A stretch of DNA of 48,437 nucleotides from Candidatus Fermentibacterota bacterium (GTDB lineage Bacteria > JAFGKV01). The position numbers and the translations under genes are program-made. Below are positions 17,205 to 27,275 of the stretch, piece after piece; within the stretch, counting starts at the first letter, position 1; each line of letters starts with the position of its first letter. The stretch covers positions 1 to 48,437 of the forward strand of contig JAFGKV010000144.1 of NCBI GenBank assembly GCA_016928395.1, in the 5' to 3' direction. Below the pieces are notes generated by a model. It worked only from the letters and a program-made list of their open reading frames with translations. It ran no database searches and had not been told where the DNA came from.

Positions 17205-20200
17205 TCAGGGGATCAACTCCTCCCCATAGGCCTCTCTGGTTCGATCAGGGGCAGGGCCGAACACAGGCGTGACCGGAGGGCGCTCCTGCCGCAGCCGCAT
17301 GACCTCGCTGATGCCCCGATCGAGTTGGGCATCCATGCCTCTCGCAATGTCCTGGGGCAGGTTATCGACCTCAATGTCCGGCTCCACGCCCCGATTCTCG
17401 AGCCCCCAGCCCCGGCGGCTGTCCCACCATGCAAACTCGGGCTGAGTCAACCCCCCTCCATCCACCATGGGCTTCCCTCCGCGGATGCCGATGACCCCTC
17501 CCCACGACCGCTTCCCGATGATCGGGGCAAGGCCCAGAAGCTGCACCGCTTCAGGGAAGATATCCCCATCGGAGCCGGCATTCTCGTTGGTCAACACCAC
17601 GAATGGCCCGTTCAGCACACGATGCGGATACGGCCAGACAGCGCCGGTCCGGCTGCGGTCCCAACTGATTATGTGCCGCTGCAGGCGAGCTAGAATGAGT
17701 TGTGACACAAATCCACCACCGTTGTAGCGCACATCAACTATCATGCCCTCTTTGTCCAGTTGCGGAAAAAACCAGGTATGGAACGCAGCGAGGCCCCTTC
17801 CTCCCATATCAGGAATATGAACGTAGCCAATGCGGCCTCCGGTCTTCTCGGCCACATACTCGCGATTGAGACGCACCCAGTCAGCATAAAGAAGCCGGTG
17901 TTCATTGCGAAGCGGGGTTACGACGACATCCCGGGCGCCTGCGGTGTCAGGCCGCGTGTTCACGGTGAGCACGACCGGTCGCTCTGCCAGATTCCCCAGG
18001 CTGGCCTCGAAGGAAGCACCGGGCCGAAAAGACTCGTGATTCACCATCAGGATGTACTCGCCCACTCGTACGCCGGCCCCGGGCTCTTCGAGAGGCGACC
18101 TAACCCGGTCGGGCGGATCGCCGCGGTAGATCCTCTCGACGCGGAACGCACCGGCCTCTGGCACTACACGGGCGCCGAGCAGGCCAGTGGAGTAACGGGG
18201 AACGGTGCGGCCCTGGTCGCCGCCCCACACATAGGTGTGAGAGGTCACAAGCTCACCGATGACCTCGGCGGTCAAATCCCGCAAGTCCTCCCGGGTGGCC
18301 ACACGGGGGAGCAGAGTCGCATACTGGTCGCGAACCGCCAGCCAATCCACCCCGTGCATGCTCTCGTCCCAGTAGAAATCGCGCATGTGGCGCCACCCCT
18401 CGAAGTAGATCTGGCGCCACTCCTCTCGGGGATCAAGTTCAACCACCATGCCGTCCAACGCCACCTTGGCCTTACCCAAATCGTCCTTGGGAGGTGAGCC
18501 GGTGGAGACGACGTAGATCTCTCCCTTGCTTTTCATGAACGCCAGCTTCTGCCCCGAGGCCGCCACATCGTACGCCGAGACGCCAGTCACGAACGGCTCG
18601 GCCTTCTTCTCCTTCACGTCGAAGACCATGAGAGTTGCCTCGGGGCCCCGGTCTTCGTCGTCTCCGGCGATGCCCCGCACGGGCCATGACAGGTAAAAGA
18701 CCTTCTCCTCCGTCGCAACCATCCCACCAGAGTTGCCAGCCTGAACCGGTAACTCCACGAGCCGGCTTGCCAGTCCCTCGAACTCGATTACCACCGGAGG
18801 GATCGACTCCCCGGGAGACTTCCTATCACTCGTGCCGTTTCCCTTCTTCGCCTTGTCAGCCCCCTCCTTCCCGGCTCCCGCCTCTGCACTGTCCTCCTCG
18901 TCGCCGCTGAAGCCGGGGATGCCTGCTGTTGCCGCCATGGGATTCTTTACGTCGGGCCTGAGAAGCAGAAGATAGGGTTTGGTGGGTTTCACCACCACGG
19001 TCTCGAAATCAAACTCACCGATGAGCGGGTCGATAGTGCGGTCACTCAGGAAGTACAGATAGCGACCTTTGGGATCCCATGCGGGAGCATAGTCGTTCGT
19101 ACTCCACTCCGTCACCTGCCGGGCGGTCTCTTCTTTCGTATCGTAGATGAAGATAGAACCCCAATCAAAGTCGTTCCGCTTGGCATAGGCAAGCCACCGT
19201 CCGTCCGGACTCCAGGCATAGTCACTGATTTCGCTCTGCCTGCTGTAGTCTACCTCTCTTCTCGTTGCACGCTCAACCTCTATCACATAGAGCCGGTGGG
19301 TATGGTCGCCGTAGGCCAGTCGCTTCCCGTCTGGCGACCACAAGGGTGGGAAATGCCACGATGCATCATCGATGGACGATACCCTGCGCGAAACCCCGCG
19401 GCCCCAGGCGTCAGCCACCACAATGGCCTCTTCGCCGCTCTCGTCGGTGACAAACACCACCTTCTCACCGCAGGCGCTGAAGCTGACCTTGTGTTCTCTG
19501 GCGCCACTGCCACGGGTAATCGGAAGTGTCACACCCTCCTTGACCGGCACGGAAAACACCTCGCCGCGGCTGACCACGGCTAGGCGGTCTCCCTTAGGCG
19601 ACAAGGCGAACTCGGTGACATACTGGCCAGCATCCGGGTAGCGGGTTCGGGTGAGAATCCGCTCACTGGGCAGATCGATGGGCACGGCTCGTTCGGCCTC
19701 GGTTGCGGCATCGAAAAGATGCACGTCACCCTCCAACACGAATGAAATGCGTCCCTCGGGACCCATAGATGGCCAGCGGGCGTCCCACCCAGTGAATCGG
19801 GTGTGCTGAGTCTGATCGGATCCATCGGGAAGCATAGACCAGATGTTCGCCGTGCCCCCGCGGTCAGAGAGAAAGTAGATGCGGCCCCCGTACCACATGG
19901 GGGAAGTGTCGAGGCCGTCGAAATCCGTCACACTGCGGTAGTCGGCGCTGTCGGGATGGCCGACCCAGATATCCGGCGCCGTGCCGCCCCGATACCGCTT
20001 CCATGTTCCTCCACCGCCGAGACGGGTGAAGGCCCATCGGCCTGAGCCGGGATCGATGTCCAGGGAAAGCACTGGGCCCATGGAGATCTTGCGGGGATCA
20101 CCCCCTTCCCGTGAGATCACGAACAGTTCACTCTCCCAATGGGGTGACTCCCTGCTGCTGGTGAAGAGTATCCACTCACCGTCCGGCGTCCATCCCACGG

Positions 20201-20525
20201 GTACATCCGCATCGGGATGCCAGGTGAGACGGCGCGGTTCGCCCCCGCTCGTGGGCATGATGAACACATCACGGTTGCCGTCATAGTCGCCCGAGAAGGC
20301 GATAAGGGTCCCGTCGGGAGAAAACTGCGGCTTCACCTCATCACCGGGATGCGACGTCATCCGGCGCACGCCCGTACCGTCAGTTTTGGTGAGCCAGAGA
20401 TCGCCCTCGGCAGTGAATACTATGGTATCCCCATGCACATCGGGATACCGCAGGTAGCCCGGGTCGGCCGAAGCCGTGCCCGTGACGGCAGCAAGGGTCA
20501 CCGCCACAAGGAGACGAAATGACAT
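17205..20525 (-). CDS. Tricorn protease homolog (S41 peptidase; beta-propellers, PDZ)
   Basis: ATG 20525 with GGAGG RBS and signal peptide; GYLRYPDVHGDTIVFTAEGDLW, WKRYRGGTA, SHTYV, GYVHIPDMG, DVRYNGGG, AGSDGD, RSWGGVIG, ENRGVEPDIEV. Confidence 0.96.
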   Translation of the reverse strand: MSFRLLVAVTLAAVTGTASADPGYLRYPDVHGDTIVFTAEGDLWLTKTDGTGVRRMTSHPGDEVKPQFSPDGTLIAFSGDYDGNRDVFIMPTSGGEPRRLTWHPDADVPVGWTPDGEWILFTSSRESPHWESELFVISREGGDPRKISMGPVLSLDIDPGSGRWAFTRLGGGGTWKRYRGGTAPDIWVGHPDSADYRSVTDFDGLDTSPMWYGGRIYFLSDRGGTANIWSMLPDGSDQTQHTRFTGWDARWPSMGPEGRISFVLEGDVHLFDAATEAERAVPIDLPSERILTRTRYPDAGQYVTEFALSPKGDRLAVVSRGEVFSVPVKEGVTLPITRGSGAREHKVSFSACGEKVVFVTDESGEEAIVVADAWGRGVSRRVSSIDDASWHFPPLWSPDGKRLAYGDHTHRLYVIEVERATRREVDYSRQSEISDYAWSPDGRWLAYAKRNDFDWGSIFIYDTKEETARQVTEWSTNDYAPAWDPKGRYLYFLSDRTIDPLIGEFDFETVVVKPTKPYLLLLRPDVKNPMAATAGIPGFSGDEEDSAEAGAGKEGADKAKKGNGTSDRKSPGESIPPVVIEFEGLASRLVELPVQAGNSGGMVATEEKVFYLSWPVRGIAGDDEDRGPEATLMVFDVKEKKAEPFVTGVSAYDVAASGQKLAFMKSKGEIYVVSTGSPPKDDLGKAKVALDGMVVELDPREEWRQIYFEGWRHMRDFYWDESMHGVDWLAVRDQYATLLPRVATREDLRDLTAEVIGELVTSHTYVWGGDQGRTVPRYSTGLLGARVVPEAGAFRVERIYRGDPPDRVRSPLEEPGAGVRVGEYILMVNHESFRPGASFEASLGNLAERPVVLTVNTRPDTAGARDVVVTPLRNEHRLLYADWVRLNREYVAEKTGGRIGYVHIPDMGGRGLAAFHTWFFPQLDKEGMIVDVRYNGGGFVSQLILARLQRHIISWDRSRTGAVWPYPHRVLNGPFVVLTNENAGSDGDIFPEAVQLLGLAPIIGKRSWGGVIGIRGGKPMVDGGGLTQPEFAWWDSRRGWGLENRGVEPDIEVDNLPQDIARGMDAQLDRGISEVMRLRQERPPVTPVFGPAPDRTREAYGEELIP

Positions 20526-20798
20526 GGCAATCCTCCCGAAAACGCGAGATAACGCAGAATGGCAGGGTCCGATCGGTGGCGAGGGAAGTTGGCAGGCCAC
20601 CGCCCCAAACGCAACGGCGCAGCACGGAGCAATTGGCCGTCGACGATTCACGGATCTGCCATAGCATGCACTCGCTCTCACGGTTGAGTCCACGGCTCAG
20701 TGCCTGCCCGGATATCAAGGGCGAAAGCGACCCCACCCTCCTTTCCCGCGGGCGACCGGGCACGATCGCTTCGACAACGGTCGGACTGCAGCGGCCCC

Positions 20799-20825
20799 GT
20801 AGGGGCAGCACCCTGTGCCTGTCCC
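20799..20825 (+). repeat. GTAG-type REP-like palindrome
   Basis: GTAGGGGCAGCACCCTGTGCCTGTCCC; same architecture as the units at 47417-47470. Confidence 0.55.
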
Positions 20826-20959
20826 TGAGACTGCCACCCGATGCACCCCACCGTGGGACTAACCCCACGACGCCTGACACCGCCTCTCACGTTCAGCGCG
20901 GAACAACACTCCAGAATCCGAACACGCCGTCTATGTGGCTCCCTTCGTACGCGTCAACC

Positions 20960-21021
20960 TTGACATCCCGGAGCGATGCCGCGACACTTTTCTGCCATGA
21001 TGGGGTCGTTCGACCCCATCA
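20960..21021 (+). promoter_or_regulatory. Possible sigma70 promoter (TTGACA-N17-GACACT) followed by a perfect 11-bp inverted repeat
   Basis: TTGACA 20960-20965, GACACT 20983-20988; TGATGGGGTCG-TT-CGACCCCATCA 20998-21021. Confidence 0.45.
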
Positions 21022-21063
21022 GACGACCATTTTCGCGTTGATGGGCCCTGTGGGGTTGTTCCC

Positions 21064-23979
21064 ATGCACTTCGTCTTCACCGACATCGTGGGATCCTCTC
21101 GCTTGTGGCACGAGCACGGCGATGCCATGGCCGAAGCTTTGCGGCGGCACGACGCCTTGGCCTCGGAAACGGTCGTCGCCCACGGCGGCCAGACGGTGAA
21201 ACACACGGGGGACGGGGTCTTCGCAGTCTTCGAAACGGGCGATCCTCTGGGCTTCGCTTTGGAGTTCCAGCGCCGGCTCAGAACCGAGCGATGGGATGCC
21301 ATTGGTGGACTGCAGGTCAGGATCGGCGTCGCTGCCGGTGAGGCCCGGTGCTGGGCCGGCGACTACTTTGGTCCCGCGGTGAATCGCGCCGCCCGGCTGG
21401 CCGAAGCGGCATGGGGCGGGCAGACCATCGTCACGGGAAAGGTCCTGACGGAAGGCACCCCACCACCGGACACCACGGTGGCGGATCTCGGTGTGTTCAC
21501 CTTCGGCGACCTGGGGGAACCCGAGCGCATCTACCAGCTCGTGGGACCGGGATCGTCTTGCGACACCTTCCCGCCGTTGAAGTCGTCGCTGGTGCGGCCC
21601 CACACCCTCCCTATCCCCGCCACCCAGTTCGTCGGTAGGGATGCAGAGATCGCGGAACTTGTCGCGCTCCTGCAGGAGCCTGAGCAGCGACTTGTCACCC
21701 TACTTGGCCCAGGAGGCATCGGCAAAACTCGCCTGGCGATCCAAGTGGCGTCTATCCTCGAAGACGACTATCCGTGGGGAGCCTACTTCGTGCCGCTGGC
21801 CACCATATCCGAGGCCAGGCACCTGGTCACCGTAACAGCTGACTCGCTACGCCTCCCGTTCCAGGGCGGCCTGCCTTTCGAACGTCAGCTGGTGGACTAC
21901 CTCAAGGACAAGCGCGTGCTGCTCGTCCTCGACAATCTTGAACACGTCATGGAGGCATCACCACTGCTGGCCCTGCTGCTTGTGGAATGCCCGGAGATCA
22001 GAGTTGTGGTGACCTCGCGAGAACGGCTCCTCCTGCAGGGAGAACGGGTCTATGAGGTCAAGGGTCTTCCGTACCCAGAACGGCCTGATGACCCGCTATT
22101 CGCCGACTACGGTGCCCCAACGCTTGTCCTCGATGCATGTCGCCGGCGGGGCGCCCTTCCTACTCTGGGGCCTGCGGAACGCGCTTTGCTTCTTCGCATC
22201 TGCTGCGCGACCGAGGGTTTGCCCCTGGCCTTGGAACTGGCGGCGTCCTGGTTTCCTACGCTTACGCTTGACGACATTGCCCGGCGCCTGGAGACTGCCC
22301 CGCTCGACCTTGCCCTTCGCTTCCGCGGTGTTCCGGATCGACATCAAAGCCTGGCTGCCGTGCTTGACTACTCCTACAGGCTCCTCTCCCCCACCGAACA
22401 GACGGCGCTGCGGCGCCTGTCGGTCTTTCAAGGCGGGTTCACTCTGGAGGCAGCCGATCAGGTGGCGGAGATCTCGCTGGAGAATCTGGCATCGCTGGTG
22501 GACAAGTCGCTGGTCAGGCAACCAGCCCCCGATCGGTTCGATCTTCACGAGATGACCCGGCACTATGGGAAGCGACTCCTCCACGAGGATGGCGATGAGA
22601 CTGCTCACCTCCTAGGACGCTTCGTCGGCTTCTACTCAAAATTCCTGGCACAGCGCTCCGCCGATCTCATGGGGCCCGAACTCCGGGCCGCCAGAGATGA
22701 CATCACCGTCGAATTGGGCAATATTCGTTCTGCCTGGGGGGCTGCCGTTGTCCGTAAGGACCAGGCGGCGATCTCGTGCTGTCTCGAACCGGTCTATGTC
22801 TTCTTTCGCGTTCCCGGCCACGATGAACAAGGTCACACGATGATGGCCGATGCGGAACGAGCCCTGCTATCGATGGTGGTCGCAACGCCCAGCGATGCGG
22901 CGGCCTCTGCGACGCTGGCCCGCGTGCGGATTCGGCTGGGGCACTTCCAGGCTCTTGCCTGCGCGTGGCCCGACGCACGAAAGACCCTCCGTCAGGGATT
23001 GCACGCGGCGCGACAACTCGGCCTTCACGGCGAGACGGCATTAGCGCTGCAGACTCTGGGACGGCTCTGGTTCATGCAAGGCCGGTTGAGGCGAAGCGAA
23101 CAAGCCTTCCGCATGAGTGCGGCATTGCACCGACTATCCGGCGACACACGATCTCTAGTTATCGTCTTGAGCAGCCTGGGCCATGTGGCCGATGCTCAGG
23201 GCGATTATGCATCGGCGCGATCATTTCACCTGGAGGCTGCCGCAGGTGCTCCGACGATGATTTCGCCTCGGCTCCGCGCCTACCTAGGCGGCAATCTCGG
23301 CAAAGTTGAACTGGAGATGGGCAACATCCGGGAGGCACGCCGCGTGCTCAGCCAGAGCTTCTTGGCCGCCACGGAAGACAGCGACCCCGTTCTCATCAGC
23401 CATGTAGGTAATATACTGGGCGAAGTCTGTATGCTGGATGGAGACTATGAGGGTGCGGCGATCCTTCTGGAAGAGAGCAGGCGTGCCCGCGCGAGACTCG
23501 GTGACGCGACATTGAGCATGTGTACGGCGGCGCTACAGGCAAGGCTCGCCAACCTTCAGGGGGACCACGAGAAGGCCCTGGAGTACGCCCGGTTCGGAGT
23601 CGATCGGGTCCGCGCCGATCGTTCGGGCGAGCCCGCAACGGAGTGCGTGGTAGAGGAGGCCTGGGCCGAACTCCGACTCAACGGCCCGGACGCAGCAACA
23701 GTCATGGTGCGGCGTGCGCTGGATGAGGCACGGGGCGCTCACGATTCTGTCTCTTTGGCGCGAGCCTTGGTCGTGAACGCCATGATCAAACGAGAGCGGG
23801 GAGAACATGACGGCGCCGTGGAGATCCTCGCAGCAATCAATGCCAGTCCTCCCGATGTCCCGGTGGGCCGATGGGCCGCGCAGGTGTTGGAGCAAGGGCT
23901 GCCTCTGATGCCACCACAGGCCGCAGCAGCAGCCCAGGGACGAGGTCGGCATCTGGACTGGCGAAGTCTTACCGGCTGA
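21064..23979 (+). CDS. Class III adenylate/guanylate cyclase + STAND (NB-ARC-like) ATPase + TPR protein
   Basis: FTDIVGS, KHTGDG, DYFGPAVNRAARL; FVGRDAEI, GPGGIGKT, LLVLDNLE, VTSRE, GLPLALELAA; C-terminal TPR-like helices. Confidence 0.93.
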   Translation: MHFVFTDIVGSSRLWHEHGDAMAEALRRHDALASETVVAHGGQTVKHTGDGVFAVFETGDPLGFALEFQRRLRTERWDAIGGLQVRIGVAAGEARCWAGDYFGPAVNRAARLAEAAWGGQTIVTGKVLTEGTPPPDTTVADLGVFTFGDLGEPERIYQLVGPGSSCDTFPPLKSSLVRPHTLPIPATQFVGRDAEIAELVALLQEPEQRLVTLLGPGGIGKTRLAIQVASILEDDYPWGAYFVPLATISEARHLVTVTADSLRLPFQGGLPFERQLVDYLKDKRVLLVLDNLEHVMEASPLLALLLVECPEIRVVVTSRERLLLQGERVYEVKGLPYPERPDDPLFADYGAPTLVLDACRRRGALPTLGPAERALLLRICCATEGLPLALELAASWFPTLTLDDIARRLETAPLDLALRFRGVPDRHQSLAAVLDYSYRLLSPTEQTALRRLSVFQGGFTLEAADQVAEISLENLASLVDKSLVRQPAPDRFDLHEMTRHYGKRLLHEDGDETAHLLGRFVGFYSKFLAQRSADLMGPELRAARDDITVELGNIRSAWGAAVVRKDQAAISCCLEPVYVFFRVPGHDEQGHTMMADAERALLSMVVATPSDAAASATLARVRIRLGHFQALACAWPDARKTLRQGLHAARQLGLHGETALALQTLGRLWFMQGRLRRSEQAFRMSAALHRLSGDTRSLVIVLSSLGHVADAQGDYASARSFHLEAAAGAPTMISPRLRAYLGGNLGKVELEMGNIREARRVLSQSFLAATEDSDPVLISHVGNILGEVCMLDGDYEGAAILLEESRRARARLGDATLSMCTAALQARLANLQGDHEKALEYARFGVDRVRADRSGEPATECVVEEAWAELRLNGPDAATVMVRRALDEARGAHDSVSLARALVVNAMIKRERGEHDGAVEILAAINASPPDVPVGRWAAQVLEQGLPLMPPQAAAAAQGRGRHLDWRSLTG

Positions 23980-24286
23980 TCTCGCCTTGGCAGGGGTTGA
24001 CATCGGGCGCGTGAGTGCAGATCATCCCCACCGTACCGAGGATGCAGCATACTGCGCCCTCTGCAGCGTGGCGGTCTGATCCGCGAGCATACGATGTCGC
24101 GCTCTGCCACCTTTCATCCCCAGTGCTTCGTCCTCTTGCCGTAATGCGGCCTGAATCGGCCAATTCTCCGGGCCAACCCGCAGGCCTGCCTCAGGCCCGT
24201 ACTAGGCGCGGTGGATGATTGTCCGGGACCCAAGCCCCGGTGGTCTGAACGCACCACCGAGAAATGGATTCTCCAGGAGGGTTGTC

Positions 24287-25219
24287 ATGAAACGATCAAC
24301 TGCTCTGCGAAAGGCCATCATGGAACGCCGGGCCGTCGCCGTTGTGGGCTGCCATGATGCCTTCTCGGCCACGATCATCGAGAAATGCGGTTTTGAGGCC
24401 ATCCAGATCTCCGGTTACGGCATCGCCGCATCGGTGCTGGGCAAACCCGACGTGGGGCTCATGCAGATGAAGGATGTGCTGGACATGACCTGGAACATCG
24501 CCTCTGCGGTCAGCATCCCCGTCATGGCCGATGTCGACACCGGCGGCGGCAATGCCGTGAATGCCATGTGGATAACCGAGCGACTCGTCGCCATGGGTGT
24601 GGCAGGCATGAACATCGAGGATCAGGTGTTCCCCAAGCGCTGCGGTCACATGGCCGGCAAGGAGGTCATCCCCGCGGAGGAGATGGCAGGCAAGGTCCGC
24701 GCCTGCGCCGCGGCCCGAAACAGGCTTGACCCTGACTTCATCATCAATGCCCGCACCGATGTGTTCGCCATCGGTGGGCTCGCTGAGGCCATCAGGAGGT
24801 GCAATATGTACCTGGAGGCCGGCGCCGATCTGGCCTTCATCGATGGAATTCGGACCAAAGCCGATGTGGAGAGGGCGGTCGCGGCCGTCAATGGTCCCCT
24901 CTCGGTGAACCTGATGGATGCCATTTCCGGTATGAAGACTGAGCTTATTCCCCTACCGGAACTGGCGCGCATGGGCGTCGGCCGCGTGTCCATACCGGTA
25001 GCCTCTATTCATGTGGTGCACAAGGCGCTACTGAACTTCTTCACGGCCCTGAAGAACTCCCCCACCGGCATCCTCCCCGGCCAGACCCAATGGGTGACGA
25101 GCTTTGAAGAGTACACCGATGCCGTGGGCCTGAAGGAGTATCGTGCGCTAGAGAATGAGTTTCTTCCCAAAACTCGCCTTGATGCCAAGTATCAAGGCAT
25201 CGACAAGATCGTCGGATAA
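24287..25219 (+). CDS. Isocitrate lyase/PEP mutase superfamily C-C lyase (PrpB / dimethylmalate lyase-like)
   Basis: RBS AGGAGG; PVMADVDTGGGN, IEDQVFPKRCGHMAGK, INARTD, AGADLAF. Confidence 0.93.
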   Translation: MKRSTALRKAIMERRAVAVVGCHDAFSATIIEKCGFEAIQISGYGIAASVLGKPDVGLMQMKDVLDMTWNIASAVSIPVMADVDTGGGNAVNAMWITERLVAMGVAGMNIEDQVFPKRCGHMAGKEVIPAEEMAGKVRACAAARNRLDPDFIINARTDVFAIGGLAEAIRRCNMYLEAGADLAFIDGIRTKADVERAVAAVNGPLSVNLMDAISGMKTELIPLPELARMGVGRVSIPVASIHVVHKALLNFFTALKNSPTGILPGQTQWVTSFEEYTDAVGLKEYRALENEFLPKTRLDAKYQGIDKIVG

Positions 25220-25231
25220 AGGAGTGTGTAC

Positions 25232-26521
25232 ATGGCAATGACAATGGTGCAGAAGATCTTGGCCAAGGCCACGGGGCTGCCGTCTGTCAAGGTCGGCGAC
25301 GTCGTCGAGCCCAGGGTCGATGTGGCGATGTCCCACGAGAACGGGGCATTGGTGATCTCCCAGTTCAACGAGGTGTACAGAGGCACTGGGCTGGAGGCCA
25401 AGGTCTGGGACCCACGCAGGATCGTACTCATCCTTGATCACCGGGTCCCGGCCGAGAGTTCCAAAACCGCCACAAATCAGAAGAAGATCCGCGAGTTCGT
25501 GGCGAAGCAGGGCATTCCCAACTTCCACGACATTCGCGGCGACCAGGGAGGCATCTGCCACCAAATCCTTCCCGAGAACGGCTACATCAGGCCGAGCTAT
25601 GTCGTCGTGGGTACCGACAGCCATACCACCAGCCACGGGGCATTGGGCTCGTTCGCCTTCGGCATCGGCGCCACGGAGATGGCCAGCGTGTGGACTCTGG
25701 GCTCGGTGCTGAACGTTGAAGTGCCGGCTACCATCAAGGTGGTGGTCAACGGAAAGTTCCCGAAGCATGTCGCTCCCAAGGATCTGATCCTGCACCTCAT
25801 CGGCAAGGTCTCGGCGGAGGGCGCCAACTTCAGGGTGATCGAGTTCCACGGGGAGACCATTCGGAAGATGTCGACGTCGGGCCGGCTGGTGATCTGCAAT
25901 ATGTCGGTGGAGGCGGGAGCCACATCGGGCATCGTGCCGGCAGACGAGGAAACGCTTCGCTACCTGCGCGAGGAGGCTCACGTCGCCGACGAGATCGACA
26001 TGATGACCCCGGATCCCGATGCTGAATACGACGATGTCATCGAGATCGATGCCTCAAGCCTCGTTCCCCAGGTCGCCTGCCCCCACACGGTGGACAATGT
26101 ACGACCAATCACCGAGGTGGAGGGTACCACGCTCAATCAGATCGTGATCGGTTCCTGTACGAATGGCCGGTTGGATGATCTCGAACACGCTGCCGACATC
26201 CTCAAGGGCAAGAAGGTCGCTCCCGGGCTACGCATGCTCGTGTTTCCGGCCACGTGGCGTATCTATAAGCAGGCCCTGAAGAAGGGATACCTCGAGCAGT
26301 TGGTGGATGCCGGCGCAGTGATCATGAACCCCGGCTGCGGCTGCTGCCTGGGCGTGCATCAGGGGGCTTTGGGCGACGGAGAAGTCGCACTGGCAACCAC
26401 GAACCGGAACTTCAAGGGTCGGATGGGCAATCCCAACGCTGAGGTCTATCTCTGCTCGCCCGCCACGGCCGCCGCATCCGCCATCACAGGCGTCATCACC
26501 GACCCCAGGAAGGAGGGCTAG
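25232..26521 (+). CDS. Aconitase-family hydro-lyase large subunit (LeuC/HacA/DmdA-like)
   Basis: RBS AAGGAG; LDHRVP, GICHQ, GTDSHTTSHGA, NMSVEAGA, GSCTNGR, PGCGCCLG, TTNRNFKGRMG. Confidence 0.95.
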   Translation: MAMTMVQKILAKATGLPSVKVGDVVEPRVDVAMSHENGALVISQFNEVYRGTGLEAKVWDPRRIVLILDHRVPAESSKTATNQKKIREFVAKQGIPNFHDIRGDQGGICHQILPENGYIRPSYVVVGTDSHTTSHGALGSFAFGIGATEMASVWTLGSVLNVEVPATIKVVVNGKFPKHVAPKDLILHLIGKVSAEGANFRVIEFHGETIRKMSTSGRLVICNMSVEAGATSGIVPADEETLRYLREEAHVADEIDMMTPDPDAEYDDVIEIDASSLVPQVACPHTVDNVRPITEVEGTTLNQIVIGSCTNGRLDDLEHAADILKGKKVAPGLRMLVFPATWRIYKQALKKGYLEQLVDAGAVIMNPGCGCCLGVHQGALGDGEVALATTNRNFKGRMGNPNAEVYLCSPATAAASAITGVITDPRKEG

Positions 26522-26524
26522 GTC

Positions 26525-27016
26525 ATGGCGAGAGTAGTCATGACGCTCGGCGACGATATCAGCACCGATACGATCTACCCGGGCCGATTCATGGCCACGG
26601 TGCTCCCCACAGAGACACCGATGTTTGCCTTCGCAGACTATGCGGAGTTCAACCAGAAAGTGAAGAACAAGGAGCTGGAACCCGGCAGTGTTATCGTGGC
26701 CGGCTGGAACTTCGGCTGCGGCTCATCCAGGGAGCAGGCCGCCTCCTGCCTCAACGGGCCTGGGCTGGTGATCGTTGCCCGGGCTTTTGCACGGATCTTC
26801 CTACAGAACTCCATAAACCTGGGCCTTCGCACGGTGATCTGTCCAGACATTGAGGCATCCGAAGGCGATGATCTCGAGATATCAGAGACCCAGGTGGTGA
26901 ACAAGACCACGGGCAAGACCTACGCGGTCGAGCCCCTCCCCAAGGCCCGCCAGGCCATCGTCGATGCCGGCGGCCTGATCCCGTATACTCGAAAGCGGCT
27001 GCTGGAGAGAGAGTAA
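26525..27016 (+). CDS. Aconitase-family hydro-lyase small subunit (LeuD/HacB/DmdB-like)
   Basis: DDISTDTIYPGR, NFGCGSSREQA, FARIFLQNSINLGL, AGGLIPY. Confidence 0.95.
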   Translation: MARVVMTLGDDISTDTIYPGRFMATVLPTETPMFAFADYAEFNQKVKNKELEPGSVIVAGWNFGCGSSREQAASCLNGPGLVIVARAFARIFLQNSINLGLRTVICPDIEASEGDDLEISETQVVNKTTGKTYAVEPLPKARQAIVDAGGLIPYTRKRLLERE

Positions 27017-27036
27017 CCCTCGGCTGATTTCCCCAC

Positions 27037-27068
27037 CGCCCGCGGCGCCGCTTTGGCCGCCGCGGGCG
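27037..27068 (+). terminator. GC-rich hairpin after the lyase/hydro-lyase operon
   Basis: CGCCCGCGGCG / CGCCGCGGGCG 11-bp stem, 10-nt loop, 20 nt after the stop; no U-tract. Confidence 0.5.
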
Positions 27069-27222
27069 CGCCTATGCTCGCTTCGCCCTGAGCCTGCGGC
27101 TTGAGGGTTGTGATGCCGATTCCCGGCTGTCCCGTGTCATCTGTTTTCTTTCCCGGTGACTCCCATTCTCTTCCCCATGCATCACGCGCCCACGTCATCC
27201 TTCCATGCGCCCACAAACGGGC

Positions 27223-27248
27223 GGCGGGCCGCCCGGAGGCGGCCCGCC
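27223..27248 (-). terminator. GC-rich hairpin after the minus-strand secreted-protein gene
   Basis: GGCGGGCCGCC-CGGA-GGCGGCCCGCC perfect 11-bp stem, 27 nt past the stop at 27276. Confidence 0.6.
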
Positions 27249-27275
27249 TTCACGCTGACAGAATAGGTGAGAGCG

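Noticed and set aside
25232-27016. Naming these genes leuC/leuD
   Set aside because: Family is certain but substrate is not; context is a C-C lyase rather than leuA/leuB
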